From positions 1-61,213 of the forward strand of contig CAILTG010000097.1 in the NCBI GenBank assembly GCA_903837125.1: a DNA stretch of 61,213 nucleotides. Direction: 5' to 3'. The notes beneath the pieces were generated by a model that ran no database searches, was not told the DNA's origin, and saw only the letters and a list, made by a program, of their open reading frames with translations. This document shows positions 21,583 through 28,174 of the stretch, one piece after another; position 1 is the first letter of the stretch, and each line of letters starts with the position of its first letter. This DNA comes from Candidatus Magasanikiibacteriota bacterium (GTDB taxonomy: Bacteria > Patescibacteriota > Patescibacteriia > Magasanikbacterales > UBA922). The position numbers were made by a program, and so were the translations under genes.

Positions 21583-21620
21583 AGCTTAACAAAATACAAT
21601 ATATATGGAATAATATACAA

Positions 21621-23108
21621 CTATTTGACGAATTCGCCACAAGCTTCTTTTAATTCTTTTTCAACTTCATCATCCCAAGTTCCTTTAGCAATCTTATCCA
21701 ATAAAGATACTTTGGTTTTGTGTAAAAATTCCAAAAATTTCTTTTCAACTTCACGTACTTCTTTTACGGTAAATTTATTAAAGTATTCGTTACTTACAGC
21801 ATAAATAACTGCCACCTGATCCTCTACTGCCATTGGTGAATACTGTGGTTGTTTTAATAATTCTGTCATGCGCTGACCTAATTCAATTTGTTTTTTGGTT
21901 TCTGGATCAAGATCTGATGACAAAGCGGCAAAAGCTTCCATTTCACGAAACTGAGCCATAGCTAACTTTAATTTTCCAGCAACTTTTTTCATTGGTTTTA
22001 ATTGAGCAGAACCACCTACACGAGAAACCGAAATACCAACATTCAAAGCTGGACGAATACCGCGGTAAAACAAATCTGTTTCCAAGAAAATTTGACCATC
22101 AGTAATGGAAATAACGTTAGTGGGAATATAAGCAGTTACGTCGCCAGCTTGAGTTTCAATAATTGGCAAAGCAGTAATTGAACCACCACCATATTTTTCA
22201 TTTAATTTGCAGGCACGTTCCAAAAGTCTGGAGTGTAAATAAAAAACATCGCCAGGATAAGCTTCACGTCCTGGTGGTCTTCTAAGTAACAAAGAAATTT
22301 CACGATAAGCCCAGGCTTGTTTGGTTAAATCATCATAAATAATCAACACATCTTCACCTTGATCAGCAAAATATTCTGCCATAGCCACACCAGCATATGG
22401 AGCAAAAAGTGACATTGAAGCAGGGTCAGAAGCCCCAGCAACTACTACGGTGGTATATTCCATAGCACCAGTTTCTTGTAATTTGGCAACAATGCGAGCA
22501 ACTTTAGATTCTTTTTGTCCAATCGCTACATAAATACATTTCATGTCTTGGCCTTTTTGATTGATAATAGTATCAATGGCAATAGCAGTTTTACCAGTTT
22601 GGCGATCACCAATAATAAGTTCTCGTTGTCCACGTCCAATTGGAATCATGGCATCAATGGCTTTAATACCAGTTTGTACTGGTTCATGCACGCCTTCACG
22701 AGTCATTACGCCTGGAGCAATTTTTTCCACTGGATAAAATTTATCAGATTTTATTTCGCCTTTGCCATCAATTGGCTGTCCCAAAGCATTTACCACACGT
22801 CCAATCACATTTTTGCCAACTGGTACCGACAAAATTCGACCAGTACGCTTTACAGCATCACCTTCTTTAATCTGTTTAAAATCTCCCAAAATAACGGCAC
22901 CAACAGTTTCTTCTTCCAAATTTAAGGCCACACCAAAGACTCCGCCAGTAAATTCCAACATTTCTTGATATTGGCATTTGGAAAGACCAGTCATGCGGGC
23001 AATGCCGTCGCCGACTTCAATCACCGTGCCAACTTCTTCAACTTCAACAGACTTTTCAAATTCGGCAATGTGTTTTTTTAGTTCTTCAACAATTTGGTTT
23101 GTAGACAT
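21621..23108 (-). CDS. atpA: F1 ATP synthase subunit alpha
   Basis: 495 aa with Walker A GDRQTGKT. Confidence 0.97.
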   Translation of the reverse strand: MSTNQIVEELKKHIAEFEKSVEVEEVGTVIEVGDGIARMTGLSKCQYQEMLEFTGGVFGVALNLEEETVGAVILGDFKQIKEGDAVKRTGRILSVPVGKNVIGRVVNALGQPIDGKGEIKSDKFYPVEKIAPGVMTREGVHEPVQTGIKAIDAMIPIGRGQRELIIGDRQTGKTAIAIDTIINQKGQDMKCIYVAIGQKESKVARIVAKLQETGAMEYTTVVVAGASDPASMSLFAPYAGVAMAEYFADQGEDVLIIYDDLTKQAWAYREISLLLRRPPGREAYPGDVFYLHSRLLERACKLNEKYGGGSITALPIIETQAGDVTAYIPTNVISITDGQIFLETDLFYRGIRPALNVGISVSRVGGSAQLKPMKKVAGKLKLAMAQFREMEAFAALSSDLDPETKKQIELGQRMTELLKQPQYSPMAVEDQVAVIYAVSNEYFNKFTVKEVREVEKKFLEFLHKTKVSLLDKIAKGTWDDEVEKELKEACGEFVK

Positions 23109-23144
23109 ACTTTTATAAAAATTTAATATTAATTCATTAAATTA

Positions 23145-23789
23145 TTAAGTTGCATTTATACCCTGAGCAATCCAAGTCAAGGTTGATGTATTAAAAATCC
23201 ATTTTCCTTCGAACGTATACAATTTTTCATTCCCAGATGAAAGCCAATTATAAGATATTTTAACCTCGCGAATTAACTTTTCCCCCAGTACACAACCATT
23301 AACATAATTATTAAACTCAATTTTTTCAATTATTCCACGATTATACTGTCCTTCAGAATTAGAAAATGGATACACAAATTCTGTATTTGTACTTGGGAAC
23401 TCTTTTAATAGAGTTTTATTATTTTGTTTATCTAATTTATAATAATTGTACTCTTGTGACACAATTTTTGCGGGTGCATTATAGACTTTTAAAAGCATTA
23501 CATATGGTGAATTGACAAGAATTAATTTCTCATCATACAACATGGTATTATCTGCAATTACCAAATAAGGTCGGTATTTTAATTGTAAATCAGTATTTGA
23601 TATAGAATACAACCCAAAAGAAACAATAACAGCGACCAACGAAATAACCAACGAAATAATTGTTGCATTATTATTCTTAATAAAATTTAATATTAAATTA
23701 ATCGACATAGGTAAAAACCAAACACAATAAATTAAACCTAAGAAAAAAATAAAAATATTATAGACACAAAAACCTTTGGCATCATACAT
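23145..23789 (-). CDS. hypothetical membrane-anchored protein inserted between atpH and atpA
   Basis: 214 aa with two N-terminal hydrophobic segments, then a beta-rich N/Y-rich domain. It overlaps the atpH stop by 8 nt; an alternative start is M28 at 23708. Confidence 0.6.
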   Translation of the reverse strand: MYDAKGFCVYNIFIFFLGLIYCVWFLPMSINLILNFIKNNNATIISLVISLVAVIVSFGLYSISNTDLQLKYRPYLVIADNTMLYDEKLILVNSPYVMLLKVYNAPAKIVSQEYNYYKLDKQNNKTLLKEFPSTNTEFVYPFSNSEGQYNRGIIEKIEFNNYVNGCVLGEKLIREVKISYNWLSSGNEKLYTFEGKWIFNTSTLTWIAQGINAT

Positions 23790-24174
23790 TCATTAGTTGT
23801 TTTAACTTTTGTAATTGTTTTTTAATACTTCCATCAAAAATTTGATCTTCTGTTTTTATTTTCACTCCACCAAGCAAAGCAACGTCAATATCTTCAGTCA
23901 TTTCAGTTTTCCCGCCAAAGGCTTTATCAATTAATTCCAGTGTATGTTTTTCCAATTTTCTGGCAGAAGTAACAGTCATTTCCACAATCCCCTCTTCTTT
24001 TTTAGAATATCTAATAAATTCAGTAATAATTTTATCAGCTTTTTTTAATTTATGATTTTGCACCAACACCAACACAAACTGCTTTAAAGCATTATGCAAT
24101 TTTTCGCCTTTTAAATCTTTAATCGCTTCATACAAAGCTTTGGCGAATTGTTTGTTGGTGATTTTTTTCTTCAT
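23782..24174 (-). CDS. atpH: F1 ATP synthase subunit delta (short, OSCP-like)
   Basis: 130 aa, positioned between atpF and atpA, with an OSCP-like helical N-terminus. Confidence 0.75.
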   Translation of the reverse strand: MKKKITNKQFAKALYEAIKDLKGEKLHNALKQFVLVLVQNHKLKKADKIITEFIRYSKKEEGIVEMTVTSARKLEKHTLELIDKAFGGKTEMTEDIDVALLGGVKIKTEDQIFDGSIKKQLQKLKQLMNV

Positions 24175-24187
24175 AATACTTAAACCG

Positions 24188-24745
24188 CTATTTATTCATT
24201 CCTTTTAATGATTCTTCAATCAACTCTTTATCTTTTTTGTCGTTCATTTTTTCATTTAAGATTTTTTCAACTACCGCCACCACTAAATTGGAAGTTTCTT
24301 CTTTGATTCCTCTCATTACTTCTTCTTTTTCATCTTGAATTTTTACTCTAGCTTGCATCACTAAAGTTTCAATCTCTTTTTTTGCTTTTACTTTCATCTC
24401 GGCCGATAATTGTTCCGCCTGAGTGTGTGATTTTTCAATAATCTTATTAGCTTCCACTTTTGCTTCGTCTATTCTCTCCTGAAATTTCTGCCCCGCCATA
24501 ATTAAATTTGCATCAATTTCCTTGGCTTTATCCAAACTATCATCAATAATTTTCTTGCGTTCTGCTAATTTTTTAGTCAAAGGTTTTAAAATTAAAAACC
24601 ACAAAATTACCGCAACAATAGCAAAGTTAATTAATTGAAAGACAAATAGTTGGGCGTTTAGGCCGAGCGAGGCAGCGACACTTTGGCCAGCAGGTGCTTC
24701 GGTTGTTGCTTCTTCTGAGGCGTGAACGGTTTGAATAAATGACAT
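24188..24745 (-). CDS. atpF: Fo ATP synthase subunit b
   Basis: 185 aa with a single TM helix followed by a long charged coiled-coil. Confidence 0.85.
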   Translation of the reverse strand: MSFIQTVHASEEATTEAPAGQSVAASLGLNAQLFVFQLINFAIVAVILWFLILKPLTKKLAERKKIIDDSLDKAKEIDANLIMAGQKFQERIDEAKVEANKIIEKSHTQAEQLSAEMKVKAKKEIETLVMQARVKIQDEKEEVMRGIKEETSNLVVAVVEKILNEKMNDKKDKELIEESLKGMNK

Positions 24746-24751
24746 AAAATT

Positions 24752-24815
24752 TTAGATTTAGATTAAGATCAAGATTGAGGAATATTTCTTCAATCTTAGT
24801 CTTAGTCTTAATCTT
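24752..24815. repeat. low-complexity 'stutter' hairpin in the atpF-atpE spacer
   Basis: The arms are built from reiterated AGATTAAGA / TCTTAGTCTTA-type units around a central GGAATATTTCTTC. Confidence 0.6.
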
Positions 24816-24836
24816 TTATTGGGATAACATCAACTA

Positions 24837-24859
24837 ACCGGACCAAAATTGATCCGGTC
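24837..24859 (-). terminator. hairpin just downstream of atpE (attenuator or mRNA stabiliser)
   Basis: ACCGGA / TCCGGT stem 8 nt after the atpE stop. Its position inside the operon suggests partial termination or transcript stabilisation. Confidence 0.45.
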
Positions 24860-24866
24860 TAAAATG

Positions 24867-25088
24867 TTAGCTCAAAGTAAATACTACTACTAACGCATAA
24901 ATAGCGATAGCTTCGGCAAAAGCGGCACCCAAAAGCATTGGGACGAACAATTTGTCGGCTGATTCTGGATTACGGCCGATTGATTCCATGGCTTTAGAAA
25001 CGATTTTGCCAATAGCAAGGGCTGGAAAAAATCCACCTATTGCCATAGTTAAACCTTTTGCCAAGGCCAAGATTGATGCATGGTCCAT
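24867..25088 (-). CDS. atpE: Fo ATP synthase subunit c
   Basis: 73-aa helical hairpin with the conserved carboxylate context GAAFAEAIAIYALVV. Confidence 0.92.
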   Translation of the reverse strand: MDHASILALAKGLTMAIGGFFPALAIGKIVSKAMESIGRNPESADKLFVPMLLGAAFAEAIAIYALVVVFTLS

Positions 25089-25231
25089 ACAATTTTACTT
25101 TAATATCATTTCCGTGGGACTTGTTTTTATAATTAAATTTGCCTCGTTTAATGATATCTATTGTAACAATACAATATACATGGAGCAACATACAATTTGT
25201 ATTTTATTCCAGGTATTTTGTATTTTGATTA

Positions 25232-26029
25232 TTAATGTTCTGTCGCCTCATGTTCTTCACCATGTGGAGCGTTACTCGCAACTGTTAAATATACAATTGT
25301 TAACATGGAAAATACCGCGGCTTGAATTAAACCTACCAATAATTCCAAAAGCATAAATGGTGCTGGGACTATTGCTGCCACCAAACCAGAAATTACTGAA
25401 ATTAAAACTTCTCCAGCAAAAATATTACCAAATAACCGGAGGGACAGTGATAAAACTTTAGCTGCTTCAGAAACTATTTCAATTAAACCTACCGCAAATT
25501 CAATTATTGCTGTAAAAACCGCAATTGGTCCTTTTTTAAAACTTAAAAAGAAATTCTTAATTTGGACAAACTTGCCTAAATGCGTAAAAAAACCAACTGA
25601 AATAAATCCAAAAACATGTGAAGCAATTACTGAAACTAAGGCCATGGCCACAGTTAAATTTAAATCAGTGTTTGCAGGACGCAGTAACATGGAGTGTCCT
25701 AATTTAATACTACCAGTACCAGGCAGTAAACCTAACCAATTGGAAAGCAAAATAAAGAAAAACACTGAACCGACTATTGGTAAAAATTTTAAAGTTTTTT
25801 TTCTATCTCCGGTAACTTGGTCAAAATAAGCCATTAAAGCTTCCAAATAATATTCACAAGCATTTTGTAATTTTCCTGGACGCAAACTAACACTTTTTTT
25901 TATAAAAATTCCTAAAATTAAAAAAATAATTATCGCCAGCCAGGCGTTAATTATGGTGTTAGTTATAGCAAATCCACCTATGTGAAATAGAACGTCTGGT
26001 GCAAGTGTGGGAATGTGAATATTAACCAT
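25232..26029 (-). CDS. atpB: Fo ATP synthase subunit a
   Basis: 265 aa, polytopic, with the conserved LSLRLFGNIFAGE arginine motif. Confidence 0.93.
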   Translation of the reverse strand: MVNIHIPTLAPDVLFHIGGFAITNTIINAWLAIIIFLILGIFIKKSVSLRPGKLQNACEYYLEALMAYFDQVTGDRKKTLKFLPIVGSVFFFILLSNWLGLLPGTGSIKLGHSMLLRPANTDLNLTVAMALVSVIASHVFGFISVGFFTHLGKFVQIKNFFLSFKKGPIAVFTAIIEFAVGLIEIVSEAAKVLSLSLRLFGNIFAGEVLISVISGLVAAIVPAPFMLLELLVGLIQAAVFSMLTIVYLTVASNAPHGEEHEATEH

Positions 26030-26036
26030 AATTACA

Positions 26037-26137
26037 AATTCACCTAATTGTCTAATTCACCTAATAAAATTCTCAATGTCAAATTTTTTGTTTGGTTATT
26101 TGTCATTTTATTAGAAATTAGGTGAATTAGGTGAATT
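26037..26137. repeat. inverted array of the 12-mer AATTCACCTAAT in the atpZ-atpB spacer
   Basis: Two direct copies (26037-26048, 26054-26065) face two inverted copies (26117-26128, 26126-26137). Confidence 0.75.
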
Positions 26138-26161
26138 AGAAATTTATAAACTGTTGTTTTA

Positions 26162-26419
26162 TTATTTCGTATTTAATTCCTTATATTCTTTTCCGTATTC
26201 TTTCGCTTTTTTGTAAATAAGTTTGCCCGAAACCAACGCTGCCAAGACAAAAGCCAAAATTGTAAACCACGGACTCATGTTATATTTTTTATCTAACCAC
26301 TGGCCAATCAGTACGAAAACGATTACCGGCACCGCAATACTTGCCCCAAAATCACCAGTAATCCGAAATCCCAATAACATGTTTTTTCTACTCTTGGGAT
26401 CAGTTGGTAATAGTGACAT
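26162..26419 (-). CDS. AtpZ/AtpI-like small membrane protein (first gene of the atp operon)
   Basis: 85 aa with two TM helices and a pattern LGFRITGDFGASIAVPV...GQWLDKKY like the AtpZ/AtpI family. It sits upstream of atpB. Confidence 0.7.
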   Translation of the reverse strand: MSLLPTDPKSRKNMLLGFRITGDFGASIAVPVIVFVLIGQWLDKKYNMSPWFTILAFVLAALVSGKLIYKKAKEYGKEYKELNTK

Positions 26420-26440
26420 ATTGAATTTGTTAGCGCCACT

Positions 26441-26469
26441 ATTCTACACGTTTTTTGAACCAAGGTCAA
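26441..26469 (-). promoter_or_regulatory. predicted atp operon promoter
   Basis: The minus strand reads TTGACC, 17 nt, TAGAAT, with TG two nt upstream of the -10. The -10 ends 21 nt before the atpZ ATG. Confidence 0.55.
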
Positions 26470-26609
26470 GAGTAATTTTTATTTGAGGTGTGAATAAACC
26501 CGGCTACACTAAAAAAGTTACGTCGGACAAGGTTGTAGCCTGGGTTGAGCAAAATAATGATGTATTAATAAATTAGTGTTATTTGTGTTTTTATTTGTGG
26601 AAAAAAAGC

Positions 26610-26638
26610 TTGACAAAAGCCTTATTTTGTGCTAAGGT
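26610..26638 (+). promoter_or_regulatory. cassette A promoter
   Basis: Perfect TTGACA (26610-26615), a 17-nt spacer ending in TGC (extended -10), then TAAGGT (26633-26638). Confidence 0.55.
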
Positions 26639-26644
26639 CAGAAT

Positions 26645-26663
26645 ACGCGATTTCCGCGTGGTT
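26645..26663 (+). promoter_or_regulatory. cassette A conserved 5' palindrome (operator or 5'-terminal stem-loop)
   Basis: ACGCGATTTCCGCGTGGTT starts 6 nt after the -10. The ACGCG/CGCGT arms match the equivalent element in cassette B. Confidence 0.5.
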
Positions 26664-26691
26664 GTGTGCCTTTCTTTCAGGGAGAATGTCC

Positions 26692-27186
26692 ATGAAAAAG
26701 CCCCGAACCACCACCCCCCCCCGGACCCCGGAGCCGATCTTCAAGGGCACGTTCAAGTGTGCCGACGGCACCGTGGCTCTCGTCCTGGCGTTCGTGTCCA
26801 AGTACGCGACGCACAATGAGATGCCGGACAAAACGCAGGTCCTGCGGGCGATCAAGGAGGCGAGGTGCTCGATCGGTCCCTTGTCGGCCCAGAAGTTCCG
26901 TGACAACAGGGCGGCTGTCCCGTCCGACTTCTTCAAGGATGGGTTCCACTTCCCCGCCGCGTTGCGCGACGACGGAAGGTCGTGGACCCACCTGACCAAG
27001 CTGGACGGCCCGTGGGTGGAGCACGGCGGCGGACTCGGCGACGCGGTCCACAGCGGCGTGCTCTTCGTTCGATTCCTCGACGAGCTCGATGGGGAGGGCT
27101 GCGACCTCCTCGTCATCGACGAGAGAGATCCGGCGCTCGTCCTCGCCCCCATCGCCGACCCGTTGCCCGCGTCCGTCCCGACGTAG
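26692..27186 (+). CDS. GC-rich hypothetical protein A (164 aa)
   Basis: The ATG lies 7 nt after SD AGGGAG (26679-26684). Almost every codon ends in G or C. The protein is MKKPRTTTPPRTPEPIFKGTFKCADGTVALV... and matches no family I recognise. TAG stop at 27184-27186. Confidence 0.8.
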   Translation: MKKPRTTTPPRTPEPIFKGTFKCADGTVALVLAFVSKYATHNEMPDKTQVLRAIKEARCSIGPLSAQKFRDNRAAVPSDFFKDGFHFPAALRDDGRSWTHLTKLDGPWVEHGGGLGDAVHSGVLFVRFLDELDGEGCDLLVIDERDPALVLAPIADPLPASVPT

Positions 27187-27211
27187 GCCCCGACCCCGCG
27201 ACCTCAAGTCG

Positions 27212-27334
27212 CTCCACAGTACGCCTCCCGGCGTACGGCAGGTGTGGAGCGCGAGACGCGTTCCTGTTCTTTGTACCTGGGAGCTCCTGCCGCTCCCGAC
27301 CATAATCATTTTAAAAGCTTGAAATGATTTAGAA
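27212..27334 (+). ncRNA. cassette A conserved structured 3' element
   Basis: The outer stem CTCCACA/TGTGGAG encloses GTACGCC/GGCGTAC. It is followed by hairpin CGCG-AGA-CGCG, GTTCC, and hairpin GGGAGC/GCTCCC with a loop containing TCCTGC. The element ends in the block CCATAATCATTTTAAAAGCTTGAAATGATTTAGAA. Confidence 0.5.
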
Positions 27335-27373
27335 CAAAAAACCTTTGTAGAAATACGAGGGTTTTTTGTTTTT
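27335..27373 (+). terminator. cassette A intrinsic terminator
   Basis: A-tract, then a ~14-bp stem including G-U pairs with a GAAA loop, then TTTTTTGTTTTT. Confidence 0.65.
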
Positions 27374-27380
27374 ATGTCTC

Positions 27381-27409
27381 TTGACATTTCCCATTTTTTC
27401 CGCTACCCT
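27381..27409 (+). promoter_or_regulatory. cassette B promoter
   Basis: Perfect TTGACA (27381-27386), 17-nt spacer, TACCCT (27404-27409). The geometry is the same as in cassette A. Confidence 0.5.
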
Positions 27410-27415
27410 AAATTC

Positions 27416-27435
27416 ACGCGAAATTCCGCGTGGTT
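27416..27435 (+). promoter_or_regulatory. cassette B conserved 5' palindrome
   Basis: ACGCGAAATTCCGCGTGGTT starts 6 nt after the -10. With the preceding C it forms the near-perfect 18-bp palindrome CACGCGAAATTCCGCGTG. Confidence 0.5.
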
Positions 27436-27460
27436 TTTTGGTATTCATCAGGAGGGTTCC

Positions 27461-27952
27461 ATGAGAATCACGTTCAACGTGGAAGACGACAAGGGGCGGA
27501 AGGACGGCGAAAGGTTCGAAATCTTCGCCATCCAGATCAGGAACGAGTTCGGCGACCCGGACCTGAACAGGATTGTGCTCTGCCGCGACGAGGCGGAGTG
27601 CAGACGGGTCCTCGAGGCGCCTGTCGCCAAGGACACCCGCAACTGGGGCCTCCTGCCGGAGCAGTACAGCCTGCGCCCGGCGACCAAGCAGGAGATCCAG
27701 GCACTGACCCCCGATTCGAACCTCGGGACCGTGGTCTCGTGCTACCTGCTCAACGTGATGCTCGACTGGCCGTCCGAGCAGCAGGCAGGACACCACTTCA
27801 TCAGGCACGTACGTCACCTCGCGGACGGGAGCGTCGTCCACGTGCCGGACCCCAAGCCGTACCTGGCGCCGTGGGTCGTCGCCGAGGCCCCGACGTCGAC
27901 GAACCTGACGGAGGACCCGTACGACCGCGGTGCCTGGCAACCCGACCTCTAA
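27461..27952 (+). CDS. GC-rich hypothetical protein B (163 aa)
   Basis: The ATG lies 4 nt after SD GGAGGG (27451-27456), and the frame is GC3-saturated. The protein is MRITFNVEDDKGRKDGERFEIFAIQIRNEFGDPDL... with a His-rich patch HHFIRHVRH. No family recognised. Confidence 0.8.
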   Translation: MRITFNVEDDKGRKDGERFEIFAIQIRNEFGDPDLNRIVLCRDEAECRRVLEAPVAKDTRNWGLLPEQYSLRPATKQEIQALTPDSNLGTVVSCYLLNVMLDWPSEQQAGHHFIRHVRHLADGSVVHVPDPKPYLAPWVVAEAPTSTNLTEDPYDRGAWQPDL

Positions 27953-27960
27953 CAGGTTGC

Positions 27961-28085
27961 CTCCACAGTTCCCGCCTCACGGCGAGACGCAGGTGTGGAG
28001 CGCGACCAAGTCGTGTTCCATTCGTTCCTTGACGGGTTCCTGCACCCCGTCCATAATCATTTTAAAAGTTTGAAATGATTTAGAA
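27961..28085 (+). ncRNA. cassette B conserved structured 3' element
   Basis: Same architecture as in A. The outer stem CTCCACA/TGTGGAG encloses CGCC/GGCG, followed by CGAC-CAA-GTCG, GTTCC, and GACGGG/CCCGTC with a loop containing TCCTGC. The final block CCATAATCATTTTAAAAGTTTGAAATGATTTAGAA is 34/35 identical to A. Confidence 0.5.
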
Positions 28086-28119
28086 AACAAAACCCACCAA
28101 ATAAGGTGGGTTTTGTTTT
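28084..28119. terminator. cassette B bidirectional intrinsic terminator
   Basis: Perfect 15-bp stem AAAACAAAACCCACC / GGTGGGTTTTGTTTT, with an A-tract on one side and a T-tract on the other. Confidence 0.8.
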
Positions 28120-28137
28120 AAAAAATAATAAATTTTA

Positions 28138-28174
28138 ATTAAGATTAAGATTGTGTCTCGTTCTTAATCTTAAT
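28138..28174 (-). terminator. hairpin overlapping the tatD stop codon
   Basis: 13-bp stem ATTAAGATTAAGA / TCTTAATCTTAAT built from reiterated AAGATT units. Confidence 0.55.

Noticed and set aside
21588-21603. An exact 16-mer, TATATTGTATTTTGTT, upstream of both atpG (21588-21603, minus) and the second greA (54349-54364, plus), as a possible shared regulatory motif.
   Set aside because: In about 122 kb of two-strand AT-rich, low-complexity sequence, a handful of exact 16-mer coincidences is expected by chance. The distances to the start codons also differ (about 5 versus about 24 nt).
26629-26691. Longer N-termini for the cassette ORFs as given in the ORF track (starts at 26629 and 27374).
   Set aside because: These starts lie inside the -10/spacer region and the 5' palindrome, and they have no SD. 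The downstream ATGs at 26692 and 27461 sit 7 and 4 nt after strong SD motifs, exactly where the GC3-rich coding signal begins.
27279-27302. A tRNA-like or minihelix reading of the 3' element: a hairpin with a 7-nt loop followed by CCA.
   Set aside because: There is no acceptor-stem partner, no D or anticodon arm, and no T-loop consensus. The loop is 9 nt in copy B. The CCA is simply the start of the conserved AT-rich block.
26622-28032. Long antisense and alternative-frame ORFs inside the GC-rich island (26622-27152, 26677-27387 and 27329-27940 on the minus strand; 27430-28032, 26759-26995, 26982-27305 and 27089-27322 on the plus strand).
   Set aside because: High G+C depletes stop codons in all frames. 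Only the two plus-strand frames I called show G/C at almost every third position, and only they have an SD-positioned ATG. The antisense ORFs also run through promoters, terminators and the AT-rich spacer.
26610-28119. Interpreting the cassettes as integron gene cassettes with attC sites, as IS200/IS605-type PATEs, or as a retron (msr/msd).
   Set aside because: The window contains no integrase, Y1 transposase or reverse transcriptase. The attC R''/R' core sites (RYYYAAC / GTTRRRY) are not evident. Each cassette has its own promoter, unlike typical integron cassettes. These remain untested hypotheses only.
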